Positions 20,993 through 34,010 of a DNA stretch of 64,000 bases are shown piece after piece (the stretch's first letter is position 1; every line of letters begins with the position of its first letter). The notes beneath the pieces are model-generated. The model was not told the origin of the DNA. It worked only from the letters and a program-made list of their open reading frames with translations, and made no database searches. The position numbers and the translations under genes are program-made. The stretch covers positions 868,001 through 932,000 of the forward strand of contig CM120646.1 of the NCBI GenBank assembly GCA_051362555.1. Direction: 5' to 3'. The DNA is from Lingula anatina. Its lineage: Eukaryota; Animalia; Brachiopoda.

Positions 20993-23900
20993 TTTTCGTT
21001 GGACTTATTGTCTGGTTTGCATCACCCATCATATACTAGTACTTGTATGCGTTGTATGGAAACAACATCTTGTCATATCCGTTATTGGATCGCACTTTTA
21101 AGCGTGTATAAAGTATGTACGCTATTGTATATCAATGAATGCAATGCGTCAAATACATGTCGAGAGCTTGGCAGCGATTCTGGACAGTATATACAATACA
21201 CGTCCATTGTATTTCTGGATCCAGCGATAATAAACCTTTGCAACAACTGGGCACCGCTTGACTAACATTGTGAAGTTTAGTAGAGTAGAGGTAGCGAAAG
21301 GGAAGGGGGTATAATTAACAGTTTCAGAATGGATTGAAGTTTTAAAAATCTAATCTATTTTATTATTTTCACAAGAAAACGGCAGCGGTATTTCTTTTAT
21401 AACATTTCTGACAAGGGCTTACGAGGTTTTGTTTCATAAATCAAACCAAGTATCATGCGAAAAATGAAAAATAAAAATCGAAAAATAAGACACCTTGTGT
21501 TATTTACTTTACTTATAGTTTCACTTTCGTTAAAATACCCAAAGAGAAGTTTGCCGTGTCCATATACCAGTAAGTTTGAGAAATGCTTTAAAGTACCAAT
21601 TTCCCTTCCTTGAGTTTGGTACTAGCTGAATAAATCTGACAGTCGGATGAAGCAGGAGATTGGTAAGTAGAAGGTTTAGACATCTGGGGGGCTAGGGTAC
21701 TGTACAATGCCCTTCCAACTGCACGGACTACTGCTCACTAATTGTTCCTTTAACTTATCGTTAATTCTTATCACATTTGGCACAGCGAATACCATTAACT
21801 TAAGAGATCAATGGTACAGTTAAGCGTTTAAAATTGTTATTAAGCCAGCATAGCGAATGGTAATTGTAAGAGTGTGTGTGTGTGTGTGTGTGTGTGTTTG
21901 CGCGTGAGCGCGTTGGCGTTTAAAAGAACATAAATCGAAGCCGTTCCACTTATACGTGTTTAATAAGGAAGCAATTACGAGTGTAGTGCTACAATCCATA
22001 GGTTCCGCCTTCTGGAAAAGCTACATAATTGACTGTAATCATTGATCCCGGTGCTTAATGAATTAGACACGAGTCTTTCTGTTACGGGACATTACAGTGA
22101 TTGGTTTTCATTGATCTATGTGTCTTATACTCTCGTGGGTTTTGTACTTTAAGGTTCGTTGCTGTCGTCTTTCTATACATTTTCAGCCTCTGCCTTTTCA
22201 AGGTTTTTGTTCTTAATAGTGCACAAATGACAGTTACGGATATCTCTATTATTGAAAAAACTCAAGGTGTTGTTTATCCTTCAGTTGGAAAGCCAGAAAT
22301 AGAAGGAACGTGCTTCCCATTAGATGATCAGTATACAACTGTTCGAATCCATCGTATCTGCAATGCCAAGCGAGTTTGCTTAATGGCTGATGGACTTTTA
22401 GGACATCATGAGGTTTTTGTGCTACTTATATAATAAATGAATTAATTAATCAAATTGGGACCCGTTTGCTACCAGTGGACAAAACCTCCTAACAAAGAAA
22501 TAATAATAATAATAAAAACCCTATACCAGTCCATACATGTATTAAGGAATGAATAATAAATCATATACTAGTAGATAGAAGACGTGGCCAGGCCGTCTCT
22601 ACAGGTTACTCTGGCGTTGAAACTGATTGCCAGAGTGTTGGCAATAAGAGTCGAAGTGTCTCAGAAGGTTCCATGTGACATTGAATGGGTGTGACATCTT
22701 TTCCATCTCATATCCGCTGGTGGTGTAGGTTTGAGGCCTCAGGTGTATTTGGTACTGAAATGAGCAATAAACTTTGGAATGATAGCGAATCCCTCTGGTG
22801 AAAGATCTACAAGTCTATGACAGAGGACAAGATGGAGCTTTCCCGTCTTTGTTGGTTTATTTACTGTAACTGCTTATAATTGGCAGATATTCGATGCAAG
22901 GAAAATGCAGTGTTGGGCGAAATCGAAAGTTATTACCCAGGATAACAAATAGTTCAATAATTTTTTACTATAAGTACCTTAAAAGCGAAATGATGAACTT
23001 TTGAAGAACTATACAATTATACAAAATGATTGGCTAAGACAAAGTAAAATGCAATGATCACCTCAGAGAGAGAGAGAGAGAGAGAGTTTTGTGTCTTGAA
23101 ACTAGGACTAATTACCACAGAAATGAACGATGCTGCAGTATGACGCTTTATTTTCACCTTAGTGCCATTTGCAAGGTGACATTTGCACGCAGATGACGTT
23201 CCATGCGATTCGATGTGAAAATGTGAAAACAGCACGCAAATGGCAAATCTTTCTCACAACCAATCATATATGAACGTGAAAATCGATAGCTAATCAGAGA
23301 CAGTTACAGATCAAAGATGTAAACCTTTTCAGTTAATGACCTCAGAAGCCAGAAGTATCATAGGACGTTGATTTCATTTGTTAGGCAATTCCGTTAACAG
23401 ATTTCATAACACTAGGTAATAACATTAACGAACTGGCAAGTCGGTCTTATTTGTCAAAACCCTATCTAACACGTTCTTCCTTTCTAGGTTCAAAAGTTTT
23501 CACAGTAGAAATGGCCAAACATTGGACTATTTGCATTAAAAAATCGAAATTTTTGAAAACCTGTATCTTCAATTTAAAAAAAAAAGATTTTGTTATGAGA
23601 CTGTATTCTCCATGACACATGTAAAGGGCTCTTATTATCCTTCTTATTTAATTACATACAGTTTTATAAATATAGCAGTAGTTTTGCTGCATTGTGTTTA
23701 AAAGTGTTAGGAAATGACATATCTATTGCGTATATCTGGGGAAAGATACACATAAATTACATCTGCAATTATGGTAATGGTTTGAAACAACACCTTACAG
23801 ACTATTACAGCGCCGGATGGATATCACTTATCTATTACATTGCAAACTGGAAGAGTTATTTAAATGGCGATAGCACAGAATCGGTCAAAGCTCAGATAAT

Positions 23901-24554
23901 ACAATCGACGCCAAACATTTGACTATGCTGTGTTCAGGAAATTTATCTTCCGCCCCTCATCGTTTATCTTGTGAAATATCACTTTATTTGACCTCATTTA
24001 AGGTTCAGGACAGTTTTATTTACTTTTGAATTAAGTGTATGTTCTTTATGACAGCATTTGTCGCAAAGCGTATGTTGCTAAGAGAAAGTGACACTTACTT
24101 TCCTGCAAAACAGTTTCATAATGTGATAAGTCTATACGAATTACCGTCTAAGATTGAAAACAGCGTCTCCAAGGAATGAGCGCTTATTATTTTGCATTTC
24201 AGATTATAGTTCTGGTAAAAGATCGCAATTGTGTTTTGTCCCTCAGAGAAAACAAAAGGAAATTAAAACCTGGGTTTGTCTTGGGATTGACATTTTGCTT
24301 TTATTTTAGGCAGCTTTGGCTCCCCTGGTTATTATACAAGAGTGCGTACGGCAGCAGGTGCGATTTTTGAAAAATGGCATCAAATACATATTTTTGTTGA
24401 AACATTTTGACCAGAGTATATGGAATTCGTGTATGATGTTGATACTGCATAGAATAACAATGGAAACGTTTGCTAAAAAAGAATAACGACGGAGACTTTT
24501 GTTAAAAACATGTTAAAGTGAACGATGCGTTCGGTGTCAGGGGACTGTTTTTGA

Positions 24555-24558
<4 letters not shown>

Positions 24559-24630
<72 letters not shown>
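24559..24630. repeat. (AT)n microsatellite
   Basis: Direct reading. Confidence 0.95.
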
Positions 24631-24632
<2 letters not shown>

Positions 24633-25080
24633 CCATCAGAAGTGGGTGCTTGTAAAGCGAACAAAAGCACTGAGGTGGAAGCTGAGATGAAGCATATTTT
24701 GGTGAGTATCCATTTCACATTTTATCTTCGTACCACGCCACACATCTGATGATTACATCTAGAGTCTTGTACGAATTAAGTGACCTTTATTCTCTACTCC
24801 ATTTAGGCTAAAAGATATTATTCAGTGGTTATATATATATTTTATATTTTAAGGCAGCAGCTTCTACGTTCATTGAAAGTTCATGGTTGACATTACTCTT
24901 TACTTACTTTTATTGAAATGGGATGATAAGGATAAAGATACAAAGACAACATGAATACTGTGAAAGACGTCAGTCCATTACGTAATTGTCCTTCAAAGGA
25001 ATTTCTCCGGTTTGAATAGAGAAATATGATAGATTGACTAAAAGCCTATGCGTTTCATGTTCGTCCTTAACGCGGCACAC

Positions 25081-25379
25081 TTAAAGGCAGTCTAACCCAT
25101 AACGCCCACTACCCAGAGGGGGTAACGACCCACAAGCCTAATTAAAAAATCGTGTTAGTAACCGAGGAAACAGACCAAAATGGCCTTTCCCTGCTTCAAT
25201 CTTACTGGTATTTGGTGCGGGGGCAGCGTGCACGTCGCTGACTTCTAAATGTTTCTAACTACAAACGCTACAATAGTAACGGAACTTTTATATTGATGCA
25301 GAATAAGTTTGTTTCCTCGTTGCTCAAAGGGGAAGATGGGAAAAGAGTAGGCTTGGGCTTATGGCATTATTATACTGCC
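25081..25379. mobile_element. Decayed Kolobok-like short element
   Basis: Left end TTAA-AGGCAGTCTAA-CCCATAACGCCCA. Right end reverse complement GGCAGTATAATAATGCCATAAGCCCA. The GGCAGT(A/C)TA end resembles 2622-2802. Confidence 0.45.
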
Positions 25380-25459
25380 GATCACGTCGCCATCTGTCGG
25401 TTGCAACTAATCTAAACCATCGAAAAAATAACAAATTTTATGTCCAAGTCTAAACTAAC

Positions 25460-25700
25460 TCTCTCGCAAATTTGATACAAATTCGCTGCTAATTTACACG
25501 ACGTTTTTGCAAGTTTGCCGCTTATTTGCTACTAATTTGTCACGCATTTGCAGCAAATTTGCAAGAATATGAATACTTTCTTGCAAACTTATTGCAAACT
25601 TGAGATGTTCTTGCAAATTTGTTGCAAATTAGCAGCAATACAAGTTTTTCTTGCAAACACCTGTAAACTGATTGCTTCAACCTTTTCATTTTGCTAAAGG
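25460..25700. mobile_element. Second TTGC(A)/GCAAA-rich repeat remnant
   Basis: Many TTGCAAA/GCAGCAAA units, ending TTTTCATTTTGCTAAAGG. Confidence 0.55.
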
Positions 25701-28700
25701 AATCTCAACTAATTTTTTTCCGTGAATTGTTGACGATTGAGACTGCCGGGAGACAATATGGTTTCAAAATGAAACCCCAGAGTGCGATAAGAAGTATTTA
25801 TTACAACTTGTGCAACCGATGTATTTTCTTTACTGTGAGTTACTGTTGGATGTAATAAAAAAAAAAACCCTGCGAAACAGAACAGCAGTAAGTGCTTTAA
25901 ACGTTGCTGATTTTCGAATAGTTTCGGCTGCTATGATACCAGGTTACTTATATTTAGACATGATCAACTGTCAAGCGGCTGACATTAGCAGTAAGCGACG
26001 TGAACGCTGTTTTATGCTGTAACGTGTGGGCTGCTTCTTCATCCTGGCATCTAGCCAAGGCGACACAGACCATAAACACGTCTACATGCAGACGCTTTCG
26101 CAATCTGTTACTTTCACTGACGCTGGGAAAGAAACTTGCACGTCTATACTGAGCTATTTTCTTCTTCGTAGTGTCTCTCTGTTTGCCCGCGGAGAGATAG
26201 ACGGGTTGGAATCGATCCACTGAAATTGCTGCCATTTCCAAAGGAAATCTAGCCAGTAGTATCACTTTGTGCGCTACCAGTTTGGTGGTTCTATCAACCA
26301 CAAGGGGAATAACACCTTGAGATGAAACAACAGAATACCGACCTTTAAAGAAATCGTTTCTGCCTGCGATCATACTTAGGTCGAGAAAAAATATCATTGA
26401 GGGAACAAAAAGATGATTGCAAACTCTTAAGGCCAAGATTATTCAGCCAGTTTTCTGTTTAGGCGGCGTGGCATGAAGGTGCAGTTAAAGACCAGTTGTA
26501 GAGCGAAGTGGGTTCTGACAGAAGATAAAAAAGCTACCTCGTGGTTTAGCAAATGACACGGAGTGTAAATATAGGTTGTCATAATACGACTTTTTGTATT
26601 TTATAATCAGTTAATGCAACGACAAAGGAGTGACGGACTAGAGAGAAAGTGACCCTGAGAGGAAAGTTGCGTTTCTGCACAGCCAAGGTAGGTTTGTTAT
26701 TATATTTCACAAATGAGGAAAAGGCTGTGAGAGAAAAGAATTCAGCATTGATTATTATTTGTAGATAATAAACGTCGTATTTCAGCACGAAACATAAAAT
26801 CTTTTTTTTTAAATTGTGGTTCACCGTTGGTTATAGTCGAAGTATGATGGAAAATACTGACGGAATGAACATGCAAACAAATGCTTTCTGCAGTTATCAT
26901 CGGCGTTTGAAACACTTGGCAAGCCGCAGTTTTAGAGGACTTCAGGGCTAACCTTTAGTTGGTTCACAAGATTTATTTAAGATGAAACCGCTAAACATTT
27001 GACCAGCCCTTGAGAAGAAGTCTTTCTATTACTTTATAAGTCTTGTCGCGTTTGTAAAAGAACATGCTTGCTATATATCCTAGTGAGACATGTGACAAAT
27101 GTAGTGAGATGCAAACAAAACATAGCAATCATATTTTCATACACTTCACGATAACAACTTAGTTCTGTAATGTGCATTTTCATAGTTTAGGTGTCAGCAA
27201 ATTGAAAAGAAATTCGCAGAAATACCATAGAATTCCATTTAGTTTTACTTGGATTAAGGCGAATCTTGTCGATTTCATGCACTTAGGGCTATGTTACTTG
27301 GTATTCTTCTTTTTCTCCTCTTTTCTTTTCTTTTTCTTTTCAACTCGTGGTTATTTTTAACGTTTAATCTTCGGTAAAGTAATGTCATTTACCGCCACAG
27401 GAAAAGCTGGACCTTTCGCCCTTTTACCCGACTGAGCCATTACATTAAGACATTATTTATAGATTTATAGATGACACAGAATGTCAAAGAAGTTAAGGTG
27501 GAATTTGGTGTGACAGCGTTATTGCAGAAACACACGGGTTTCTTTTATCTTTTCCCTCCCCTGCGAGACAGACACAGCAGTTTAAAACCGGGTAGGGCAA
27601 CACCCCATACCCCCCCCCCCCCCCAAAACAAAAAAAAGCAATGTTGCGAAGGAAAGATGACAAACCAAGTAAATTTCAAAGTGCATAGCTTTTTTTTTTT
27701 TTTTTTTTGGGGGGGGGGGGGTTTAATAATTCAATTATTTTTCTGACTTAAATGTCAGTCGTTTCCATCCCAAAGTCTGCTTCCCATGTGTCTGTTATAT
27801 ACTGAGGACTGTACTGACTGACCCAGGCGCCATCTGTTGGCACAAAACAGGTGTGGTGTGCCTATTATTTCTCCACAGACGGATGGAATGACACTTTTTC
27901 AAATGGCGCATTGATGCTTCCAACAAGGTACTTATGTAGGTCTAATCCTTATAAGACTATTTTATTGGACATTTAATGAAAGGCAATTAAAGCGTCATTG
28001 CAGTAGGTTTATTTCCTAACACGAAAAGGGTTTGTCTTGCTTTATTGAAATACTATTAATTTCTCTGATGACTGTGTAGGATGCAGCTGATGTACACATG
28101 TACAGCTGAAAATGCGGGACTTTTAAGCACAAGATATTAGCCTGATCCGGGCACCTGTATCAAAACAAGACAATCTTTCACATTAGTTACCACATAAAAG
28201 TCGACTAGCCAAGTCTGCTAAATCTTGATATCCGACTTCGTGAAGTCGATTTGATGTTAGCTGTCATAGACCTATAAACAAGTAAATTAGCACACTTAGA
28301 TCTATATCATTTAGTTTACTTTCGGTAAAAATAGACCAAACGTCTCACTGTTGCAAACAACAAAGTTAAGGACCATTGCCGTCTTTTTTTTACTTAATGT
28401 AAAAAACGCCTTTCTTGCGGTAATATGTGCCGTTTTTTTTAGTTTTGACATATTTTTTAACCCATCATGACTTCCACATTGTTGTTAGCCAACGGGATAT
28501 TAAAGAATATCATGACTTTAGTTCACAATCAATAGTCTTGTACATAAAAATCGCATGCTGGTGTGCTATTTAGCAATTAGGATCGTGCAGTCTGTAGGCG
28601 TCCAGCTAGATCAGAAACCTAGAAGCAGCTAACGGTGTCAGAGAAAAACTCGGTCCCTTGCAATATCTCGATCATCTCTCTATTTCATGATCTTGTTCTA

Positions 28701-31351
28701 AATTTTGCTGTGACTTATATGGGCTCGAGGTCCACAGACGAGAATAAACAGAACGGGCTATATAATGAAAGTTGTAAACCTAGAAGAGAGATCCTAGTGT
28801 TATTCCGTTAGATGCCCATGTTGTGCAAATGCATGGCGTTTATCTGTATGTATGTACGAGTATATTTCATGCCGTTAACACGAGATTCACAAAGGTCCCT
28901 CTTTTAAATCAATTTTTCAGTTTTGTAGGATTTTCAGACTCGCATTTCAGACCTAAAATAGGTCTAACTCGAGTCAGCAGACAACCAGAAGGCATACTGC
29001 CACGAGGACTATTCAAATGATGCGGCAGAACTATATACACTGTAAAAAAAACCTGACTGTGCTGAAAGTTGATTTTGTGGTTATGGTAACGTTAGAGACT
29101 TGTAAATATTTTAGTCAAAATGGAAAGAAAGCACCAATTAAGCAAACGCGGTGCCTATAGCAAATAATGCAAATTATCCGTTTTATGATGTTTAGACATC
29201 CTGCAATGAAGTAAGTTCGGTAATGTTTTGTTAACGAGGCACTAATGAGGGTTTATTCATAGACTGTGACGTACTTCGTTAGAACATGTTATGCATTTGT
29301 GAGTATATGTTATAATGGACTTTGACGATCATGGCGATTTTTGCTTCAAATTACGCCAATTCATTGCTAAAATCTCTGTCTCTCTTATAGGAGAGGGCAC
29401 AATAACATTGCGAAAGGTAAATCTTATCTGGCGCTTGAAAACCAAACCTCAACATTCCATCCGACAGGTAATTGGACTTTTATAGTGTGATGTTTGATAA
29501 AACTGAACTTTCTTTGTGAAATATCCTTCATAACGCCACGAGGCATGGCGATGTCATTGACCTTACTCAACAATCTGGCAGCTATAGACAGGAGTGTGAT
29601 CAATGAAACCAAGCATTCAATTCCTTGTCTTCATTACGGCATTTATCATCATGTAAGAAAGGCACTTTATGGCCTATTGGGTACATGGCATACGCACACA
29701 ATGTATGTTATAATGGAATCGTAAATATTCTGAACCATATGTGATGAATAGGATGAATAGTGTCAATTGAGATAACGAGGTCATTCCTGACATAAGTTGA
29801 CTGAGACATCAAGGCAGTAAATAGAGGGACGTTAGTCATGATGGTGATTGCTGATTTGTGGTGGAAAATTGTTGAAGACCACTTAGAAAACTGATCAAAA
29901 TTATTTCTGTCTTCTTCTGATTCTTACCAATTCGAATTGCCATTACTGCCTGTCCAAGGATAGAATGCTTTCTTAGCCGTATTGTATTGTATGCTTAGCT
30001 TGATAAGGTAAGTACTGTGTAAGATGTGCTGACTTCATTATTTAGAACAGCTTTTCAATTTTGGAATACTACATGAAGCATTTCGGTATATGCATTGTTG
30101 TTTTATGTTAGCATTAAAATGACTCAGTAAATTGTATTTTGTAAATCAGCAGCAATAGGTAAGTTGCTTTACATCGAATTTCACAAAAGAGTTTCTGTCC
30201 TATCTTCATGAAGACACTTGTAGCAATGTTCCTGGTATAAAGTTACGTTTCTATTGGGCAGAGAAACTAATAACAGAAGGCAAACTCGGGACTGGTAACA
30301 ATCAAACGTTTTATTCCTCTCAGTAACAATGATACCCGTTTTGTTGAAACCTATTTGAACGCGGTCTGTGTAAGTGAATGTCCGGTTCTAAAAGACTATG
30401 TTCTGAGATAAGTTTTTATGTGTCCCTTGGGTAGTGATGGCGAAAAAAATCTCATTTCAAGAGACAAAACACGTGTTCTTAACGCTTCCGTTTTTACCGC
30501 CTTTCATCATAGGTAAAAAAGTTCACTTTTATTCCTTTTAGAAACGATAATTTGAACCAGTTCTCCTAAATTGTTTGCATAGCTGCCGCGCAACTAAACG
30601 AGAATTCTACATTAAGCAAAGCACTCGGTGCCATTTGGCCGGCATTACTTGAAAGCATTGGGAATATTCAACCTTTTCAATTGTTTGGAGATTTCATTAC
30701 AAGGTATGTCCTCGAGTGAAAAGACGCATCCTTGCCAGTGAAGGCCACTCCACCAAATCGAGGTAGTTCACGCGTACATGTGTATGATATAAACAGTTTT
30801 TTTGCAACCATTTTGGTATTTCAATTAGTACCCCAGTATACCTCAGGTGAAACTATGATTGAATTAGGGTACCTCAGCTGAAACATCACGGGATATTAAC
30901 TCTGTGAAACTGCGTGCAAACGAGTAGAATCCCACCGTTTATTTAATTAGGGGCTGAATTGGAAAAATGGCCAAGGAGATCGAAGCAAAAATACTGGGTA
31001 AGATCAAAGACTTTGACAATCATCATGGTTTGTTCTGGGAATCATCTGTAAAGCAGTTTTTGAGTACAAAGCAGCAGTTGGTAAGATAAGACAGATAGAG
31101 TACATGCAAACCAACTACTGAATGATGAGTGCAAAGATACCTTACTAAAAGATCTAGAGGCTGTGTTTTAAACTGATAAATATCCTTTAAGCATTGAAAT
31201 ATGGTAAGCTTAGAAGGCCCTGTAGGTTTTGATGTTGCTTTAGTTTTCCAGGTGGACTTTTCAGACACGCCACAAAGTCATTTGTCAATTACAGAAACTC
31301 GAATCAATGTGAAGGTTAGTGCAGGATTCGTAATAATTGAGGCCACTTACT

Positions 31352-31492
31352 CCAATGCACCTTTCCACAGAAAATGACGCGCATGCGCAATTAGCCTATT
31401 TTTGCTGGTCGTGTGCGGTCGCGCATGCGGCACCGGAAATAGCTATGCACTCACGACCAGCGGGCACGGGTTTGTGTGGAAAGGTGAATGGC
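31352..31492. mobile_element. Small MITE with TIR core CACCTTTCCACA/TGTGGAAAGGTG
   Basis: 12-bp perfect inverted core, plus an internal GCTGGTCGTG/CACGACCAGC inverted pair. Confidence 0.65.
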
Positions 31493-31577
31493 TAGATACC
31501 ATGCTGGTTATTAAATAATGAATAATATAAATACATGCACCGCTGAAATAGAATGGAATAAGAAGAAAAGAATTAAT

Positions 31578-31648
31578 GCCCATGGTTGATTCGAACCAAG
31601 GACGCCCTTGCTAGAACAGAAAGTGGGCCTTGCTCACTGCACTATTAC
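31578..31648 (-). pseudogene. tRNA-derived relic (SINE head or tRNA pseudogene)
   Basis: Minus strand has an A-box-like TAGTGCAGTGAG and a B-box GGTTCGAATC at tRNA-like spacing. A cloverleaf cannot be recovered. Confidence 0.5.
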
Positions 31649-33564
31649 GTCTCTAGCTTTAGAAATAGTGTGAAAATAAATGGTTTGTAATTAATTTGGA
31701 CAGCGCTAGATCATAATTAAACAAACTAGTGCACAGAAAAAAGTGAGTAAAATGATGATCGCAACGTAGCCCTATCAGGCAAGTGCAAAATGAAACGTAC
31801 CGAGTGAGCATTTGAACTGATTTAACCTTATAGGCCTAGTAGGCCTATTTAACACATGTCACAATCGCATATCACGAAAAACTGGGAGAGAAAAGAAAAA
31901 TGTGGACACAGATGTGGATACAGAAAACATGACAATATTGAAATGTCCACGCACAAAAGAAAGAGGTAAGTGGTAACCTAGTGGATAAGCGGCGTGAACG
32001 GAGTGATTTAAAAGGCGTCGTTAATAACGCACAAGCATGTAAAGACAGCTAGTCGCAGAAGAAGGCGTTTGGCAAATTGAGTGCAACACAATATTGCGAC
32101 AGGTACTTATCAAAAGGAAATATTAACCCACTCTTTGTAAGGCATCAAACACAATGGATTGGGAAATAGAAGGCGATGAAGTGATTATAAGAGTAATAGA
32201 GGTGTGGATGATACGCGTGTACGAACGGTAAATTAAAGGTAGTGAAAGGTTAGTTGGCAATCATTCAGATCATTTAAAACGTAGTGGGAATATTACCATG
32301 AATGAAGTTTAAGGGCCTTGGCACAACACAGTAATTAACTCAAAACTGATAGTGTTTCGTGCCTAGTTTATGAACAGGGCTAAGTGCCTCATGTTAGAGT
32401 AATAATAAGTGATAAGTGATAAGGAACTCTTTAAATGCTCGAAGGAGGCCTATGGTTTATATTAGTTCAAGGTCAAAGCAAAAAAAAAAGGGAAAAAAAC
32501 TGCAAACACTGGCTGCATGAAGGTGGAGGGGCGGGGGGAGGGGCGGGGGGAATGGACGAAGTGTGTAACGATAAGTCCCAAGACACCCTGAGTTTTACAG
32601 ACCACCGTGATCCCCCCAAATCCCTAACCCCACACTATCACCCTGTTTCTGTCATTCCCAAAAAGCCATCAGATCACTGCGCACTTAGTGGAAGTAAAAT
32701 ATTACAGTAGCGTTTACCGTATCTAATTGACACAGTTTTGCATAGAGGATAAACACAGGCAAGTGCAGGATCAACAGATAGAGAGAAAATAAAGATCAAT
32801 GTATACCATTTGTCTGTGCGGATAATGTCGTCTGCTTAGCGAACCGTATGACTTGGATAAAATGGACTTATAAGGGCGTTGCTGTTTGTCTTCACGCCAG
32901 GACGCGCTTCTGTTCTGTACAGTGTGGTGGTGGTTGCACGTGAGAACTGAAACTGGTAATTAACCGAGGAAAGCAAAACTCATGGCAGAAGGCGATTCAT
33001 CAGATAAATGCATGAAAAGCGGTGATCCGTTATGTTGAAGCACGAGAAATAGTGATACATTAGAAGAACAGACGGCAAAAATTCGATTGAATAAATAAAT
33101 GTATGCCTACAGTGCTTCGAAAGATAAGCACATGAAAAATGTAAATCAGCAGAAGAATGGGAGACTTACCGAGACGTGACGAAATTCTGGTGTCATATGA
33201 CGGAACATGATGAGTAAAATCTCTCCATCATTTTTCCAAACAGTTCGGGTCAGGTCACAAATCCGTGCTAATTAAGAGCTTTAGAGACGTAACATGCAAT
33301 GGTGCAATTTAGAGATGATATTATCACTGTGGAAAGTGTCCCAGATGTTTTTAATGACTCCAATTGATCAAGATGTGATGGAAGCCACTAATGGAAGCAA
33401 TGTACGCAAGACTGAGGTATTAATTAGCTCACAGAACAAGTCATTCTGACTGAACTCCTTGTTACATCTGGTTTGCGAACCCTTGGAAAGCTAATTTTGG
33501 CCCATGCTCACAATGTGAAATAGACTGTTGTGTGCTGTTGTTTCGCAGAACCAATTTTTATTTA

Positions 33565-33567
<3 letters not shown>

Positions 33568-33637
<70 letters not shown>

Positions 33638-33640
33638 AGA
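33568..33640. repeat. Compound (GT)n(GA)n microsatellite
   Basis: Direct reading. Confidence 0.95.
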
Positions 33641-33796
33641 GGGAAGTGTTATTAAATAGAAAGCATCTTGTTCAATTCATAGGTATAGTAAGAGATAGTA
33701 CACTTGCCTGCAATGGGTGTGTGAATTAAAGCAGCAACGCATTAGCATCAGTGCGCGCTATCCACGTCATCAATGCCATAGCACAAGAATACCTAA

Positions 33797-34010
33797 GACC
33801 CCGTTTCTTGCAGTATCGATCCATCTCCGAGGGATTCATTGCTAAATTACATTCAGCTTAAGCGGCTCTGATGTCCGACACGCCCACTGAAGCTGTTTGG
33901 GCGTAATGAACTATCGTTTAGCAGCTTCAGTAGGCGTGCTAGACATTTAAACCGCTTGATCTGAAGATGGACCGATCCTGCTAGATCGATCTAGGTATGG
34001 GAATGGGGCC
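33797..34010. mobile_element. Palindromic Harbinger/Tourist-like MITE related to family B
   Basis: Ends GACCCCGTTTC / GGGAATGGGGCC with TAA/TTA flanks. Internal inverted pair ACGCCCACTGAAGCTG / CAGCTTCAGTAGGCGT. Confidence 0.7.

Noticed and set aside
24311-24358. Possible 48-nt plus-strand exon (AG|...GSFGSPGYYTRVRTAA...|GT), and similar candidates at 29391-29416 and 53879-53944
   Set aside because: Splice-like flanks are frequent by chance in AT-rich DNA, and there is no recognisable protein similarity or coherent gene model. RNA-seq is needed.
25954-26436. 160-aa minus-strand ORF, the longest outside the LINE
   Set aside because: Non-ATG start, no recognisable motif, and composition like translated non-coding DNA.
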